A stretch of DNA of 64,000 nucleotides, from the IMG/VR virus record IMGVR_UViG_3300034106_006471, positions 24,925-88,924 of that record; one strand, given 5' to 3'. Position numbers and translations under genes: made by a program. Origin of the DNA: a virus. A model generated the notes under the pieces. It worked only from the letters and a program-made list of their open reading frames with translations, was not told the origin of the DNA and searched no databases. How positions within the stretch are numbered: the first letter of the stretch is position 1; every line of letters begins with the position of its first letter. Of the stretch, positions 20,601 through 31,398 are shown piece by piece.

Positions 20601-23396
20601 TTAGTTCCTTCATTAAACTTCTCAAATCTATCTGATTATTTATTAACAGATGTTAGTGGAACAGTTAAAGACGCTTTTGATGAAGATGTTCCTGATGCCA
20701 TAAGACAAAAGTTATACTTGCCATGTAGTTTGACAAATCAAATGGCTTTTTTAGATCCTATTAATTTAATTAATCCTGTAGCAATTATGGATGCTGGACA
20801 AGGAATTGATTTATATAGTTCTAGTTATTCTTATACAGAAGATCCTAATTTGACTGTCATATCTAATGCGGCTTCCGAAGATTTTGCGTACATATCTAAG
20901 AATGAGCAGGAAGTGCGCAGATTCTTAAATAAAATTCCAAATAGCAATATCAATATCGATAAACTTAAAGAAATTTTATTAAATAGTATTATCCCTATTA
21001 ATAGTCAAGGATATCTGGTATCGGAAGGAGATACTAGCAATCAACAAAGAAAACACATAATGATTAGTCCTAAAAAAGCCCACCCAATTTATGCTGGCGT
21101 CCCTTTAAAATCGAATGTGAATTGCTACGGTCCTTGGACAAATTATCCATCTCTAGCGGATCAAACTGTTTTATTTCCTGGTATCAACGATACAAACAAT
21201 CTTTTAGAGCATATGATATCTGATGTAAAAATAGAACAAAAAGATGATTTAAATCCTTGGACTTATGGAGGCATGGCATTTTTAGATAAGGTTGTGGTTT
21301 ATGATATAATTAATAATTTAACATATCAAACTAGATTAGAACAGGGTTCGTTGTCTGTAGCATCTTTACCTATTTTTGGTTTGGCTGGCAATCTTAGTAT
21401 TCAACAAACAGATAGTGATTTTCATACTCTAAATAATACAAACACGTTTTTGGGATATGAATACTCAACTATAGATGCTCCATCGTATAATGGATTAGTA
21501 ATTTCTAGTTTAAATATTAGTGTTTCTAGCAATACTCTTAGTACATCATATACATTTAGAACATATTCTCCAAAATTAGGTTTATTTAGCAAAGAAAATT
21601 CTGACAGGGTTAAGAATTTTACAAATTCTATTTCTGTTGTTAATCGTAAAATAGCTCAAACTACTAAAAATCTAGAAAATTCTGTTCGAAAACAATTAAG
21701 TAGTATTATCGAAAGCTCTAAAACCAATAGAAAATCTACTAGTCTTTCGGAATATGAATCTAAAATTTACGCGGCTAGTCCTACACAATTACTTATTGGA
21801 AAAGCATCACATTATATTCCAAATCAAACAGGAGTTATTAACAATACTGGTATCTCCACTAGTTGGGCGGGAATGTTTGTTCCTGATGAAGCTCTATCTG
21901 AGCTAAGTAAACAATATAGTTCGAAGGCCGTTATGAGTATGGATGGCTTGTTTTCTCCCGTGTCTTTATATCCTACAGAAGATAATTCAACTTTTGCAAT
22001 ATCTTCTCGTGCAATAACATCTAATTTAGCATCAAGATCTATTACTTGTCCAAGATGCAATAATACTGGGAAAATTACTGGAAGCAAAAAGTCTATAAAT
22101 ATAGCAGGACAGCCTACTGATATAGAATACCCTTGCCCATTATGTTCTAAAAGTAAAGTATTTGGAGAAAAACCATCCGGTTCGGTCGATACTAATAATT
22201 CTAGTCCTATTATTAATTTAATAACATTAAATCCGTTATGTTTATCCAGTGGAGAATTTAGAAATTTTAATTCACAATCTGGAGATCCTAGTAGATATAA
22301 TATTAGAGTTGTTGGAAGATCGGATATTATGCCAACAGGAACAGATCATAGTTTAGATAGCTTTCTTAATATTAATAGTCCAGAGATAACAGATTTAAAT
22401 TTTGGAGAAGAGGATAAGGCTTATCAACAGATATACTCTAGTGGTAGCAATACAATAAAAATATTAAATAATCATAGATTTTTTGCTCATAGAGGACCAC
22501 TAATGCTTCACGGATGGGGCTACGACCAGGATGGATATCCAATTCCTAATGAAGCGGATGAGGTAAAAGAAGTAGATGGTGAAGGTAGGCCAAAAAGATT
22601 CTTTTTGACAACATCAGGAACAAATGATCTTACTCTTGATGGTGGTTTTCTTCCAACATCTACTCAAAAACTAGGAGATATTATAGGTAAAGGATGGAAA
22701 AAAGAAAATGGCCAATGGACAAGAAAGCCGTCTAAGAAATTTTATATGAATTGGTCAGAAAGACCGGATTTATGGCCAATAGGTCCGGTTGATCTTAGGT
22801 GGGATTATGAGAATAAAATTTGGACGGGAGGCGGAGGAGGTTGTAATAATGCCGATCCGCCATATATTATTGCTTCTGGTACTAATAATAGTATTTTATC
22901 AGAATTTATATCTGAAGCTAGTACTCCTAAAAAGAAATGCTCTTATAAAATGGTCTATGGTATTTTAGAACAAGATTTAGTTAAAATAGATAATTATATG
23001 GAAACTTCACCAACACGAGCATTTTTAGATGATTTAGAATATGGTTTAAAACCATTGCCAGAAAATATTAGAAGATTAATATATATTGTTGATAGAACAG
23101 GATATAGTGCTCCTAGAGGAGCAAAAATGTTATTGAGATACAACACAGATACTGGATTTTATGAACCAGTTAGTAAACAACAATACATAGTATTTGGAAC
23201 CATCAACAGTAATAATTCTGCTACGGTAGAATTTAATTATATGCCAGGATTTAGAGCAGGAGATGCCACATACCGAGGAATAATAAATTATGCGAACCCC
23301 CTAAATCTGCAACAGACTAGTAATGCGACAGGATCAACAAGGCGCGGTGCTTTTATGTATGATAATTCTAGATGGAATTTAATAGCTATAGGATAA
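17688..23396 (+). CDS. large tail/baseplate hub-like protein with inserted CxxC..CxxC zinc-finger
   Basis: 1902 aa, SD GAGGA upstream. N-terminal FLGASISSFSCNNGWGGSTSSLNIELVND and FTFGGIIQSWE..YTVNLV resemble hub-protein starts. CPRCNNTG...CPLC at ~22046-22145. Confidence 0.55.
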   Translation: MPQCSNSSNNILAQQMFLGASISSFSCNNGWGGSTSSLNIELVNDFGSAGMCYATNTDIPDRNVIVVSGSGFDQDDHFYTCEGDNCYVDEKGNAYDENAGSKQRIIPGKVYHFLGADGLKARYWRKHDPGFFGDATLIDTEGVYNPSIRNNPFKYNIIGVPAYFRYGYFTFGGIIQSWEKTLNTGPGTYTVNLVSADDLLSRCYMILDNYIGSIFSKFTSSTVNIPGFSAVQPGVPTNYTGNMATFLGNLKEGNIPNVFNVYGFLENYGFGVSEKNDQGIPISFIIKSLSVLTSSNNKDLSNQAAFSPFGRIIAPIPLTDNGNPIPIDQTFNNYGFGICDIVTSNDNINRCEFILDLSELPVPPKDVRLDTSNTHISVLDFIRQVCDKTGRDFYTTIIRKNSLNVIKIKTINRTQPVQSNSVSSIIQSLTNSNIPTTAASVGQEHNTATPKVLYIGAKQQRLYQTKNYLLGYLQSSYVYNPISGDFIKYKDIGSCKIPSAYSTRNVTLSEKIFQDNPDISNIFTQEQKFTESDPDLSDTLFFDNDVSDNPTEPRVGNYDVTIKYDDNSLSSDSNIRYIPLNKNSISPFFGYTFDQSIDIDMSDGNTYRFIRPVYYDIWTGQLAVNMSISELPVLSIGRMPPVGTYQQSAGLPSSTGSGVVGAENGQGIASGSNQLDPPSQDQVRIEDDAISTTPSRTVTRPVIDFIITESEMRAAMKGWENYLAYCTAKLSFTKPDLFLMLVYTYTRMGKLIGPTNPVVDINIGNGVLGSSSQPVSNLNVSGEAKQPSGNDPPKSTYKQLGINFNLMLNHEFIKDLQIISNFIAQIGDEYYGKKYLVRLPTVRSYRDRQNPDIQIPAGSNNISVYQGSGKIYFDYEPVDGAWEEHGNYIDGEIEVGSANYYKLIDNNNLIKPLLGYNASYNKDFATTAWCNVSLEDKKKAILASMLPTTPLGEAIALRNRIGRALGECGTKLVPSLNFSNLSDYLLTDVSGTVKDAFDEDVPDAIRQKLYLPCSLTNQMAFLDPINLINPVAIMDAGQGIDLYSSSYSYTEDPNLTVISNAASEDFAYISKNEQEVRRFLNKIPNSNINIDKLKEILLNSIIPINSQGYLVSEGDTSNQQRKHIMISPKKAHPIYAGVPLKSNVNCYGPWTNYPSLADQTVLFPGINDTNNLLEHMISDVKIEQKDDLNPWTYGGMAFLDKVVVYDIINNLTYQTRLEQGSLSVASLPIFGLAGNLSIQQTDSDFHTLNNTNTFLGYEYSTIDAPSYNGLVISSLNISVSSNTLSTSYTFRTYSPKLGLFSKENSDRVKNFTNSISVVNRKIAQTTKNLENSVRKQLSSIIESSKTNRKSTSLSEYESKIYAASPTQLLIGKASHYIPNQTGVINNTGISTSWAGMFVPDEALSELSKQYSSKAVMSMDGLFSPVSLYPTEDNSTFAISSRAITSNLASRSITCPRCNNTGKITGSKKSINIAGQPTDIEYPCPLCSKSKVFGEKPSGSVDTNNSSPIINLITLNPLCLSSGEFRNFNSQSGDPSRYNIRVVGRSDIMPTGTDHSLDSFLNINSPEITDLNFGEEDKAYQQIYSSGSNTIKILNNHRFFAHRGPLMLHGWGYDQDGYPIPNEADEVKEVDGEGRPKRFFLTTSGTNDLTLDGGFLPTSTQKLGDIIGKGWKKENGQWTRKPSKKFYMNWSERPDLWPIGPVDLRWDYENKIWTGGGGGCNNADPPYIIASGTNNSILSEFISEASTPKKKCSYKMVYGILEQDLVKIDNYMETSPTRAFLDDLEYGLKPLPENIRRLIYIVDRTGYSAPRGAKMLLRYNTDTGFYEPVSKQQYIVFGTINSNNSATVEFNYMPGFRAGDATYRGIINYANPLNLQQTSNATGSTRRGAFMYDNSRWNLIAIG

Positions 23397-23397
23397 T

Positions 23398-26300
23398 ATG
23401 AGCGTATCTCACTCTTGTACATTTTACGATAGATTTTTTTTAGAAGACTTACAACCATATTCTATCATTAGTGAAAATTCAGATTATTATATTAAATATG
23501 ATAATCAATTATCTAGAAAACCAATAACTATAAATCTACACAATATCGATCTAGCTCCGGCTCAATTAGATAATAATATTTGGCAACCGATAATAGTAGA
23601 TTTACCAACAGTAGAATCTTCTAGAGCGGTTTCTAGTAAATATATATTTGGTAGAGGTTCTAGCAATTCTCCTAATCTAGGCATAGAAAATGTTTTATTT
23701 TTTGAACCACAATTACAAAATTGGACTATTAATGGTTCCGTTACTATGTCTACAGATTGGATACTAACATCGGTACTCACACCCTTTCTTGCTCAATATG
23801 GTATATTGTGTTGGTCAAAACCTTCTTTTAATTATTCCTCAAATAGTAATTCTTTAGATAAAATTCCTTATAATACTGTTGTATATTCTCAACAATCATG
23901 GTCATATACTATTGATAATCAAACCATATCAATAGGCCCTGGTACTAAATTACTAAAAAAAACAGATAATGTTTTATTGATTCTAGATAATGACAAAGTT
24001 ATTAATAATAGCTCAAATATATTTCCAAATACTCAAAATAAATATTTTATATTGGACGATTTAATTCGATATGGTAATTCTTCTAGCACATTAACTAGAG
24101 ATAGTATTTTATTTTCTTTAGATAATACCACTAATTCATATATCACACATATTTCTATGGGAGAAGCTTATTCCTACTTCGATTCTGAAGGATCAAAAAT
24201 CATAGATTTACAAAATGGGGTTTATTCAAAAACCTATTTATCGCCAGTATTAAATAATATTTATAGAGAAATTTATCATCATTTAACCTTACGCTATCCC
24301 AAAAAAATTAATACTGATACAAAATTACCACAACCTTTATTTACAAGAAAACAAGGAAGAAGGTTTAAAAAGCTATGTTATTTTTTAGCAACTCATCCTC
24401 AAATAGATAGAACAACAGTTTCTATTCTACAACATCCGGGGATATATGATATAGTAAATGAATATATTAATAATTCTGCTGTTAGCATTAGTATATCGGA
24501 TGAGATAAATGAAATAAAAAATACTTTAAGTCAGATTGGAAACTATTTCAAAGATATATTAATTGATGATACTATCTATTATGATAAAACATATTTACCA
24601 AAAAAACTTATAGAAAAATATGGAACAAAATTAAGATTTACCGGAGATGCGTCATTAATATATAATGCGCCATTACCTAATGGACCTCATGTTAAAGTAT
24701 CTTCTGATATTAGATCTTTGGTAGATAAAAATATTACAAATTCAGTAGTATATAATAATACTAAAATAAATGTTGGTCTATTTATTGCTGAAACAATTAT
24801 TACTAATGATAATTCACAACTCAAATTAAGTAGTACGCTTTCAGAAAATAATGATTCTAATATAATTCCTTTATGGGATATTTCTAAAAAAGAATTAATA
24901 AATGCTGAGCTTAAATTTAGTCTTGGTCCTGATATCACTGTGAATTTTAATAATCCTAGACCAGGAGAAGGTTTTGATGTTATAAAAAAAACTTTTACTA
25001 AAAGAATATCAGAAGAACTAACTGATACAATAGAAGAACTAACTATTACATTAAGAAATGCAAAATTTAGTATTGATCCGCAACTATCTGTACTGAGAGA
25101 TACTGATATTTCTTTTGCCTGGTCCGTTTTACAAGGATCCAGGTGTTTAAAATTTAGCGATAGTAGCGCTTTTAATCCAGCAGATGGTTTAGAAGCTGCT
25201 GGAGAGGAAGTTAGGTTTAATACTAGTCAGGACGAATCACCAAATATATACATACAATCTCCGGGCAAATATATAGTTCAGTGTGTTTTAACAACACAAT
25301 ATGGTGTTTTTGCTGATACTCTTATTATATATGTTACTGGCAGCAATTCGGATGTTTCATATAATAAACCAACAACTGAACCTGTTAGATCAATTAGAAA
25401 TATAAATCTGATACCAGAAGATAGAAATGCTACTATGGTAGCAAACATAAAAGAATTTGCTATTGGTAAACAGGGAATTTTTTGGCCAATATATAGCGAT
25501 CTGAATATTTTAACACCAAAAATAGGCAGACTTAGATTAGCTAGAGTACCAACTGTTCAGCCTTTTGGTTTTATGTCAGATAAATATTTAATTCCATTTA
25601 ATCAAGATGATCCAGAATATATCTCGCAGATAGAGACTCAGGATCATTATTTTTCATTTTCTTTTAAATGTAATAATACTATTATTGAGATAGGAAAAAT
25701 TGCTTTAACTAATTTATATAGCGATAATTATCCTAATTGTCAATCCCTTTATAAAGAAGCTATAGACTACGAGGGTGTGGATGTAGAATTAGGACAGACC
25801 AAAGTTATAATAGATCCTATATCTGGAAATCAAGTTGAGATAAGACGAGCACGAAATAACGTAGCTGTTAAAAATCTAAACCTAGACAGTCCTCCAGCAT
25901 CAGGATTGTCTGAAATTATATTAAATAGCTCTGAATCTTTAAATTTTCCAGATTATACATATAATGGAGATATATATTCATTATATGCTGGTGAAGGGTT
26001 GAGCACCTCTTCTGTGCCGGTTGTTTGTTATGAACATATTCCTAATTCTACCAAATTAACTGAACTGAATAATTCTATTACTGTTAATATGAAAAAGGGT
26101 TATTTTCATCCTCATTCTGGTTGGTTGGACCAATCCCTTATTGCTACTAATTCTAATCTTAATAATAGAACATCTATTATGATAGGAGATAGTTCTAAAA
26201 GATATCACAAAACATTTAGAGGTTTAGGATTTAGTGAATTATCTAATGATTTTTCAGACGAAAACGTAAAGATATATAGTAGTAGCATTGTTTTGTCAAT

Positions 26301-29300
26301 GGCTGGTGAAGCCCACGATTATGTTACCAAAGAGGGGGTTGATAATAGAGCTCGTAAAAAAGAACACGAAAAAAAAGAAGCAAATGATCATATTAGTCTC
26401 TATGGATATAGAGATCTTAATTCCTTACCTACACATGTTTATAGATATAACGATGAATATATGCAGTCTGTCAGCTCTTTTGGTGAAACATCTACATCTG
26501 TAAGTCCACTAGAATATTGTAAATATGCTGATCCACTATCTATCGATTCCGAACAAAACGTAACAATGGTTTATGCATATCCTAAACCAGGCCCAATCAA
26601 AGCTGTTAATGGAGATATCTTTAGAGAAGAAAGATTTGATAGAACATATGGTAGAAATCTTGGAGATCTTTCTGTTGATTTAAGATTTTTAAATTATATA
26701 AACCCTAAAGAATTAGTAGTGTGGCTAGAAATTAACCCCTGCACAGAAGTAGCTGCTAGGACGAATCCGGATCCAGAGCAAAGAAAAGCTCCTGCCGATC
26801 CTTATGATTTTAATGGTAAAACAATAGCATTGGCTCAGGATTGGATTGATAGCCTATTAAATATTGAAACTAAAAATTATTTTCAAAAATTATTAAATTT
26901 AAATAAAAATACAAAAATAAATAAGACAAGATTTAATCCTACTTATTATTTATATTTATTAAATCAGGATTATATAAATTTTTCTAATTTTAATAATATT
27001 ATTAAATTTACAGACCACACTCAAAATACTAATAATTTAAATATATCAAAATACATTAATAATGACATAGAATATGCTCGACCAAGAAATTCAATAATAG
27101 AATTAAAACCAACAATATCAGCACCAGACGCCAGCGATATAGATGTAAGTAAATATTATCAGATTATAAAAACCAATAATTTACAACCCCATATTAGATG
27201 CGATTTTAGTAAATTTAGTGGATTACCATTATTTAAACCATATGTTGATCCACAATCAGCTCCATCACCTCCTGAAAATAGCTCAAGTACCACATTCACT
27301 TTAAAAATTGCAATTGTATCAGAATCTGACGATGGAAAATCATATGATAGATTATTTACTACAGACAATAATTTGGGGTTAAACGATATTACTAATAAAT
27401 CTTTATCAAATATTACAAGTAATAGTTTGTGTTCTTGGGATTTAAATATTAGTAACGGTTCTAGTAATTTAAATTTTGACGATAAAGACGCTCTTGGAAA
27501 AATTGATTATACGAACAATCCGCCTATATGGGAAGGATATAATTTTATTAGTCAAATTCCATCTCATATTATTCCTCCTATTAATTTAAATGCGCCTAAT
27601 ATATCTGTTGTTGGTCAATCTCAAACCCCATGTTTCTATGCGTCAGAAGCATTAACTGTTCCTAAAGCAACACTACTTGATGTTCCGACACTATATACTC
27701 CTCCATTCATACCACCTGACTTACCAACGTTTTTAGGAGACTGGAGGAATGTTGGAGCTTATGGTACTGACGTTTATGCTTATTTTAATGTTTTGGCTAC
27801 TCAAAGAAGAAAAGAAGCTTATTATAAAGAAATTTATTTACCTAATTTTGAAAGAAACGGAACTGGTAGACCAGATAAAGCATTAGTTAGCATATCTAAA
27901 GACAATAAATTATGGTTTAAGTTAGAAGCTGGTATATGTAGGTATAATAACTGTCCAGTATTAAAAAATAAAAAATACTCATATAAACACATTCATTACC
28001 AAAATGAATTTGCAGATTTAGCAAAGTTGAATCTGTCCAACATTGAAAATATTTTTGAATTAATAAAATCAAAAGAAATAATTACTATAAATTCAGAAAT
28101 TGTATCAGAATATAATTTATCTGCTAACGATATATTAAATAATATTTTTCAACATAAAAATAATGCATTAGTAGAATTAGTAAAACAAAAACTATCAAGT
28201 CTAAAAATAAGGATTGATAATCTAAATGAACAAATAAAACAGCAAAATCCACCTCAGCAAACATCTTCAAATGAACTACAAGAACTCAATAAATTATATA
28301 ATCAATATGAAACAATATATTCTAGCATAGGGCCAGAAGGATTACAAGAGGACGATATTATATTGTTAGCATCTTCGTATTATACTATCACAAGACAAAA
28401 TTTAGTCAATGATGAAGAAGATGAGACTAGCGACAGTAATTTAATTACACAAGAATTTACCAATAACATTTCTATACTATTAAAATATAATAAATTTCTA
28501 TTAATTAATAATAATTTATTAAATACTACTGAATATCTAACTGGGGCAAGTGTAGGATATCTTGTTACTACTGAAAGTGTAAGAGCATATTCTATATATA
28601 ATAAAGATGACTATGTAGAAACTTGTTCACCTAATAATAATTTGACAGAGCGTGATAGACTAAACTTGTCTCGTCTTAAAGAGCAGTTACAATCATATCA
28701 AAACGACCTAGCTAAAGAATTAGCTAAATCTAAAGAAGATCAGTCTAAAGTAAGTATTTCAATTTTTAAAGAACAAATCACAGATAAATCCAATGAAATT
28801 TTTTCAACAGAGCATATTTTCATCAGGAATAAGATATTAGCTAAGGGAGTTATTTTTGATGGTAAAAACTATAAAACACTATTTGTATTAGAACAACCAA
28901 ATCCAGAGAATTCAATTTTGTTAATAACTCCATCTCAAAACAGATATATAATCTGTGATACAAGCTATATTAACGAAGTAGACAAGAAATATAATCCTTG
29001 GGGGTTTTCTAGTGAACAAATAAAACTAGATGAAGGAATTTCTTTAGACAGCAAAACCATCTTCAATAATGGACTATACGGCACAGGCATTGTTCATAAT
29101 AATCCCAAAATAACATATAGTCCTGATGTAGTAAATTACATTAAAGGTTTTATGCAATATTTACGAGATGAAATATTAAATAACCAGGATTTATCTATAT
29201 CTGGAACCATATTTAAACCAGAGAACGACGATGCTGCTATTAACAATAACGAAGAAAAGAAGATTGATGTGAGTAGGATTTATTCTTTTGATGTAATTAA

Positions 29301-30723
29301 AGACTTTGTAGTTAAATATAATAATATTATTTACATAAATCCATCAAACAGCAACTCTGCTATACTCAAAAATATCATGAATTATGATGAATATAATGCA
29401 TATATTAGAAAGCATAATCTAAAATTTATTTTAGAGGGTTCATTTTCTCCAGGTAAAATTAGCGATCCTGCAATATCCGATGAGTGGGATAATGGAAAAA
29501 TATTTTTAAATAATAATATAATTACTTCTACAATCTATGGACTAAAAGATAAAACTAAATTATCTCTTTTATTTTCTAGATTATCAGCTATACAGAATAA
29601 TATTACTAATTTACAAGATCAAATCAAAACAATACAAGACCAGAATACTAATGCTACTAATCCTAATTCAAATTATATAAATGAAATTAATAGTCGCAAA
29701 CGAGACATTAATAAACTACATACAGAATATAATCAAATTTATTTTTATTTAGACAAACTGAATGTTAATTTTGCTACCCAAAGCTTAATCGAACCGGACA
29801 TTTTACCACATATATCTTTGGATGTTAATCTAAACGGAGAAGTATTAAGCATTCAAGAGGTAGTCAATAACGATTATTACATTCTAAATATAGACGCTGA
29901 ACAGGGGTGTTCTATTGATGATGATTTATCTCCAAAAATCTTATGGAAAATAGTATACTACTGTTTACCAACGATTAATAATGCTACTCAATATTATGTT
30001 GCTCCTCATAGATTTTGTGGAGAAAATCCCAACTTCTTTGCTCCTTTAATGTCTAGACAATTTTCTTTAGGAGATTTATATAATGTAGATATTAATAAAT
30101 CTCCTCGTGAAATTACATATGAAATGCCACAAGAAAAGATTTTAGAATTACAACAACAATATAATAATATTAATGGCTTATTTTGGACAGACTCTGGCGG
30201 AAATTATAATGGAAAACTAGTAGAGAGAACATTTATGTTGGGAGGTAATGGTACCACAAAATCCGGCATTGTTAAAGCAGAGTACCATTATATTATAGCA
30301 AATTATAGAGATCCATTATCAAGATCTCCAGAAGGAGATATGAAGAATAAAGTTAAAGATATATTTAATCTAAAAAATACTAATGATTTATTTATTAGGT
30401 TTAAAATTATACCTCGCAACATTAGAGAATCTGACAGATATCATGATACATATGCTTTTAATCCCGATGGAACCCCGATAAAAATTGAGCTTCGTAGAAC
30501 CACAGGAACGGTGGACTCAACATTCAAAACCTGGAAGTGCTATAACTTGAAAACTGGACAAAATATGAACTTGCCTAAAAATTTTAAATGGGTAAATCTA
30601 ATGAAATATTTAGCACACTACAATAAATATTTAATTAATAATACAATATTTGATATAAATCATAATTCGATAGATATAAAAGTTAGGGATGACCTAGGAT
30701 TAATACCATATGATTACAAATGA
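23398..30723 (+). CDS. giant Asn/Ile-rich virion protein with PKD/Ig-like segment and coiled-coil inserts
   Basis: 2441-aa uninterrupted ORF. FAWSVLQG...SPNIYIQSPGKYIVQCVLTTQYG..DTLIIYV is PKD-like. Several heptad-rich helical stretches in the C-terminal third. Confidence 0.5.
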   Translation: MSVSHSCTFYDRFFLEDLQPYSIISENSDYYIKYDNQLSRKPITINLHNIDLAPAQLDNNIWQPIIVDLPTVESSRAVSSKYIFGRGSSNSPNLGIENVLFFEPQLQNWTINGSVTMSTDWILTSVLTPFLAQYGILCWSKPSFNYSSNSNSLDKIPYNTVVYSQQSWSYTIDNQTISIGPGTKLLKKTDNVLLILDNDKVINNSSNIFPNTQNKYFILDDLIRYGNSSSTLTRDSILFSLDNTTNSYITHISMGEAYSYFDSEGSKIIDLQNGVYSKTYLSPVLNNIYREIYHHLTLRYPKKINTDTKLPQPLFTRKQGRRFKKLCYFLATHPQIDRTTVSILQHPGIYDIVNEYINNSAVSISISDEINEIKNTLSQIGNYFKDILIDDTIYYDKTYLPKKLIEKYGTKLRFTGDASLIYNAPLPNGPHVKVSSDIRSLVDKNITNSVVYNNTKINVGLFIAETIITNDNSQLKLSSTLSENNDSNIIPLWDISKKELINAELKFSLGPDITVNFNNPRPGEGFDVIKKTFTKRISEELTDTIEELTITLRNAKFSIDPQLSVLRDTDISFAWSVLQGSRCLKFSDSSAFNPADGLEAAGEEVRFNTSQDESPNIYIQSPGKYIVQCVLTTQYGVFADTLIIYVTGSNSDVSYNKPTTEPVRSIRNINLIPEDRNATMVANIKEFAIGKQGIFWPIYSDLNILTPKIGRLRLARVPTVQPFGFMSDKYLIPFNQDDPEYISQIETQDHYFSFSFKCNNTIIEIGKIALTNLYSDNYPNCQSLYKEAIDYEGVDVELGQTKVIIDPISGNQVEIRRARNNVAVKNLNLDSPPASGLSEIILNSSESLNFPDYTYNGDIYSLYAGEGLSTSSVPVVCYEHIPNSTKLTELNNSITVNMKKGYFHPHSGWLDQSLIATNSNLNNRTSIMIGDSSKRYHKTFRGLGFSELSNDFSDENVKIYSSSIVLSMAGEAHDYVTKEGVDNRARKKEHEKKEANDHISLYGYRDLNSLPTHVYRYNDEYMQSVSSFGETSTSVSPLEYCKYADPLSIDSEQNVTMVYAYPKPGPIKAVNGDIFREERFDRTYGRNLGDLSVDLRFLNYINPKELVVWLEINPCTEVAARTNPDPEQRKAPADPYDFNGKTIALAQDWIDSLLNIETKNYFQKLLNLNKNTKINKTRFNPTYYLYLLNQDYINFSNFNNIIKFTDHTQNTNNLNISKYINNDIEYARPRNSIIELKPTISAPDASDIDVSKYYQIIKTNNLQPHIRCDFSKFSGLPLFKPYVDPQSAPSPPENSSSTTFTLKIAIVSESDDGKSYDRLFTTDNNLGLNDITNKSLSNITSNSLCSWDLNISNGSSNLNFDDKDALGKIDYTNNPPIWEGYNFISQIPSHIIPPINLNAPNISVVGQSQTPCFYASEALTVPKATLLDVPTLYTPPFIPPDLPTFLGDWRNVGAYGTDVYAYFNVLATQRRKEAYYKEIYLPNFERNGTGRPDKALVSISKDNKLWFKLEAGICRYNNCPVLKNKKYSYKHIHYQNEFADLAKLNLSNIENIFELIKSKEIITINSEIVSEYNLSANDILNNIFQHKNNALVELVKQKLSSLKIRIDNLNEQIKQQNPPQQTSSNELQELNKLYNQYETIYSSIGPEGLQEDDIILLASSYYTITRQNLVNDEEDETSDSNLITQEFTNNISILLKYNKFLLINNNLLNTTEYLTGASVGYLVTTESVRAYSIYNKDDYVETCSPNNNLTERDRLNLSRLKEQLQSYQNDLAKELAKSKEDQSKVSISIFKEQITDKSNEIFSTEHIFIRNKILAKGVIFDGKNYKTLFVLEQPNPENSILLITPSQNRYIICDTSYINEVDKKYNPWGFSSEQIKLDEGISLDSKTIFNNGLYGTGIVHNNPKITYSPDVVNYIKGFMQYLRDEILNNQDLSISGTIFKPENDDAAINNNEEKKIDVSRIYSFDVIKDFVVKYNNIIYINPSNSNSAILKNIMNYDEYNAYIRKHNLKFILEGSFSPGKISDPAISDEWDNGKIFLNNNIITSTIYGLKDKTKLSLLFSRLSAIQNNITNLQDQIKTIQDQNTNATNPNSNYINEINSRKRDINKLHTEYNQIYFYLDKLNVNFATQSLIEPDILPHISLDVNLNGEVLSIQEVVNNDYYILNIDAEQGCSIDDDLSPKILWKIVYYCLPTINNATQYYVAPHRFCGENPNFFAPLMSRQFSLGDLYNVDINKSPREITYEMPQEKILELQQQYNNINGLFWTDSGGNYNGKLVERTFMLGGNGTTKSGIVKAEYHYIIANYRDPLSRSPEGDMKNKVKDIFNLKNTNDLFIRFKIIPRNIRESDRYHDTYAFNPDGTPIKIELRRTTGTVDSTFKTWKCYNLKTGQNMNLPKNFKWVNLMKYLAHYNKYLINNTIFDINHNSIDIKVRDDLGLIPYDYK

Positions 30724-31072
30724 TATATTCTGTGAATTTAAACTAGTATCTGAGAATCAGTACGTATGCATTAAATGTAATACAATAATAGAATCTATAG
30801 ATAGTATAAATGATATACCGATATTTCCATGTTTAAATCCTTTTGGGGATTCCATTGATTTAGATAAATTAAAATCTCAAATTTCCATAGAAGAAGACGA
30901 AGGTGATTTATGCTCGGATCAAGAAATAGAACATAGATATTCTATATGCTCTTCTTGTGAGTTTTTTCAAAATCAATCTTGTTCTAAATGCGGGTGCTTA
31001 TTGCAAAGAAGCAGAGTTTATATGAATAAGCTGGCTATTAAACAAGAAAAGTGTCCTGAAAAGAAGTGGTAA
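30710..31072 (+). CDS. small Cys-rich (zinc-binding) phage protein
   Basis: CIKC and RYSICSSCEFF..SCSKCGC....KL..KQEKCPEKKW pattern, common in small phage Cys-rich proteins (DUF6171-like). Confidence 0.6.
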   Translation: MITNDIFCEFKLVSENQYVCIKCNTIIESIDSINDIPIFPCLNPFGDSIDLDKLKSQISIEEDEGDLCSDQEIEHRYSICSSCEFFQNQSCSKCGCLLQRSRVYMNKLAIKQEKCPEKKW

Positions 31073-31396
31073 TTACTCATCTTTCTTTTGATATTTATGC
31101 CATCCCTTATTTGGTAGATAATTTCCGTTATCATCTTTTCTCTTTGGAAATAATGTTCCACCTTTTTTATGCTGTCCAAATGCTAAAACAGCACCGCAAT
31201 CCATACATCTAAGCTCATAGTAATCATTGCCTTCTACGCTTCTAACAATAAATCTTAAATTTGTGCTTTTGCACAAACCGCATTTTTCTTCTCCAAAAAT
31301 TTCTTGAATAAGAGCAAGTTCTTTAAAAATCTCTTTTTGTCCGCTTCCTTCAAGTTCGAAACTCAATTTATCATTAGCTTTGTATGTTACTTTCAT
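31073..31396 (-). CDS. zinc-ribbon hypothetical protein
   Basis: CGLC...YYELRCMDCGA. Start placed at the ATG just after the upstream stop (ORF track extends to 31408). Confidence 0.6.
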   Translation of the reverse strand: MKVTYKANDKLSFELEGSGQKEIFKELALIQEIFGEEKCGLCKSTNLRFIVRSVEGNDYYELRCMDCGAVLAFGQHKKGGTLFPKRKDDNGNYLPNKGWHKYQKKDE

Positions 31397-31398
31397 AA

